In this document: one piece after another, positions 22,423 to 24,178 of the stretch
Layout of the letters: each line of letters starts with the position of its first letter
How positions within the stretch are numbered: the stretch's first letter is position 1
Made by a program: the position numbers and the translations under genes
The notes under the pieces: generated by a model
Database searches by the model: none
Seen by the model: only the letters and a program-made list of their open reading frames with translations
What the model was told of the DNA's origin: nothing
Assembly: GCA_001773975.1 (NCBI GenBank)
Contig: MEYI01000036.1
Location: 13,750-37,927 of the forward strand
Source of the DNA: Candidatus Azambacteria bacterium RBG_16_47_10
Lineage (GTDB): Bacteria > Patescibacteriota > Minisyncoccia > GWC2-36-17 > WO2-46-25
Direction of reading: 5' to 3'
Length of the DNA: 24,178 bases

Positions 22423-24171
22423 TTATTGTATCACGGGCTCTGATGTTTGCACACTTTTTGGATGAGCTGCCGATGCAAGCGGAAGAGAGAAATAAAAGGT
22501 CGTTCCCCTTCCCTCTGCCGATTCGAAACGGAGCTTACCGCCGGATGCTTCCGCGAGCTCTTTGGAAATATACAGGCCGAGACCGGTACCCTCCATTTTT
22601 GTGATATTGTCGGCGCGGAAGAATTTTTCAAATATCCTGTTTTTTTGAAATTCAGGAATGCCGTAGCCGTTGTCTGCAATGGTAAGAAGAGCGTTCTCGT
22701 TTGCAAGCGAAAGCGTCAGTGTGATCTTCCCTTCCTCCGGCGTGTATTTTGATGCGTTTGTCAGCAGGTTTTGAAGCACCTGCCAAATAAGTTTCGGGTC
22801 GGCACTGACGCGCGGGAATGAATCGGGTCTTATAAATTCAAATTTTTGCTTTCGTTTTACGAAATTTTGCTCCACTTCAGGAAGCATGCTCTTAATAAAT
22901 TCGATGATGTTCGTCGGTGTCGGTTGGTTCTGCATCTTCCCCGCCTCAATGCGCGATACGTCCAGAAGGTCGTTGACCAACGTGATGATGCGTTCGTTGG
23001 AATTGTAAACATCAAGTAAAACGCCGCGTTGTTTTTCCGGCAGTTCCCCGAGATCGTTATTAAGCAGCATTTCCATAAACCACTTCATGGATGATAGCGG
23101 CGTGCGCAATTGATGCGACGTGATGGAAATGAATTCCGTTTTCATGCGGTCAACTTCTTTTTCTTGTGTGATATCGGAGAATACGAATGTGGTGCCGATG
23201 ACAGCTCCCTGTCCGTCATGGACAGGGTTCCCCATGATCTTGTAAATTCCGCCGTGTGTTTCCAATTCGGATAAGAGTTGTGGTTTTTGTGAACGGATGA
23301 TCTGTTCCGCGGCGCTGCGGAAATCAAGCTTGCCGTAGAGCGCTTGTACGATGTCGAGCATCGATACGGTTTCTTTTCCCGTGAGCCCGAGAATTTCGCG
23401 CGCTTTCTTGTTTATGATCATGATCTCCTGTTTTGCGTTCACCATGATCAGTCCTTCGCTGATCGACGCGAGCATGGAATTCGTTTTATTTTTCTCTTCT
23501 AAAAAAAGGCGTTGTATGCGAGAAACAACTTCCCCCGCTTCTTCGGCGACCGCATACAATACGCCGATCGCCGCCTCAGTGTAATAGTGCGGTTTTGTCG
23601 AGGCGGCCGTAATAAGTCCCGCTAATTTTTTATCGACAAATACCGGAACACTAAAAAACGAGCGTACCGGCTCCCGAGCATCTTCATCGTATGCAAGACC
23701 GAAGCACAGCGAACGCATCTGCTCCTCGCGTATCGGCGCGCCGGTAAGTGTGGCAAGGGCATCCATCATTTTTTTCTTCGCATTCTCCGCGAACGCCTTG
23801 TTTGCCGCGGCGCCGAGATGACATCGAAAGAATACTTCGCCATTTTCCCCGAAGGTAATATATGAAAGAGCGTTATATGCAACTATGCGATTGAGCGATT
23901 CCGCGATGATCTGCACCGCCTCTTGTTCATCAAGCGACACACTGATGCGTTCAAAAATTTCTTTGAGCACCGCGGCGCGATATGTTTTGTGCGCGATCTG
24001 CCGGTCATCGGATGAAAGACGATGCGCTATCTCGGTGAGAGCACTGCTTTCGTTGTCTGCCGATGCAAGTACCGCGGCATATTTTTTTCGTACCAAGCCA
24101 TCGGCCATCGTTTCAAAAGAGTGTGCCCGCTGGAGTATGGCAAACAGCGTGCGGAAGGAAAGCGTAAACAT
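22423..24171 (-). CDS. GAF-PAS sensor histidine kinase (may extend past the window end)
   Basis: GAF-like region (RSFFSVPVFVDKKLAGLITAAS..YTE), PAS (MLASISEGLIMVN), H-box TSHQLRTPL, NLLTNASKY, DNGYGIP, GTGLGL; the frame stays open to base 24178. Confidence 0.95.
   Translation of the reverse strand: MFTLSFRTLFAILQRAHSFETMADGLVRKKYAAVLASADNESSALTEIAHRLSSDDRQIAHKTYRAAVLKEIFERISVSLDEQEAVQIIAESLNRIVAYNALSYITFGENGEVFFRCHLGAAANKAFAENAKKKMMDALATLTGAPIREEQMRSLCFGLAYDEDAREPVRSFFSVPVFVDKKLAGLITAASTKPHYYTEAAIGVLYAVAEEAGEVVSRIQRLFLEEKNKTNSMLASISEGLIMVNAKQEIMIINKKAREILGLTGKETVSMLDIVQALYGKLDFRSAAEQIIRSQKPQLLSELETHGGIYKIMGNPVHDGQGAVIGTTFVFSDITQEKEVDRMKTEFISITSHQLRTPLSSMKWFMEMLLNNDLGELPEKQRGVLLDVYNSNERIITLVNDLLDVSRIEAGKMQNQPTPTNIIEFIKSMLPEVEQNFVKRKQKFEFIRPDSFPRVSADPKLIWQVLQNLLTNASKYTPEEGKITLTLSLANENALLTIADNGYGIPEFQKNRIFEKFFRADNITKMEGTGLGLYISKELAEASGGKLRFESAEGRGTTFYFSLPLASAAHPKSVQTSEPVIQ
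22425..22433 (-). promoter_or_regulatory. Extended -10 (TGATACAAT) overlapping the kinase stop codon
   Basis: 8 nt upstream of ATG 22416. Confidence 0.45.
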
Positions 24172-24178
24172 AACAAGG

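Overview
Chromosomal segment of a Candidate Phyla Radiation (Patescibacteria, Parcubacteria-like) bacterium. The taxonomy is inferred from CPR-type protein families and the scarcity of Shine-Dalgarno motifs. Most genes are on the minus strand. Housekeeping and DNA-metabolism genes: rsmA/ksgA, pcrA/uvrD, comM/yifB, pnp, rpsO, a XerC/D-like recombinase, an NYN nuclease, a LysM-M23 peptidase and a DksA/TraR-like zinc finger. These are mixed with CPR-type membrane or secreted hypothetical proteins, one of which (>397 aa, 1-1193) is missing from the supplied ORF track. The right end (17830-24178) holds an unusual signalling cluster: GAF-PAS histidine kinase; an extracellular-sensor/HAMP/S-helix protein that ends in a His-less H-box-like helix and has no catalytic domain; a 4-Cys V4R protein; a soluble PAS histidine kinase; a stand-alone receiver; a small coupled ORF; and a degenerate prepilin-peptidase-like membrane protein. 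Non-coding structure includes inverted heptamer arrays on both sides of comM, two unrelated perfect inverted-repeat elements (25 bp and 19 bp arms), DnaA boxes, several extended -10 or leaderless promoters, and CGATCG enrichment. No rRNA, tRNA, CRISPR array, transposase or phage genes were seen.
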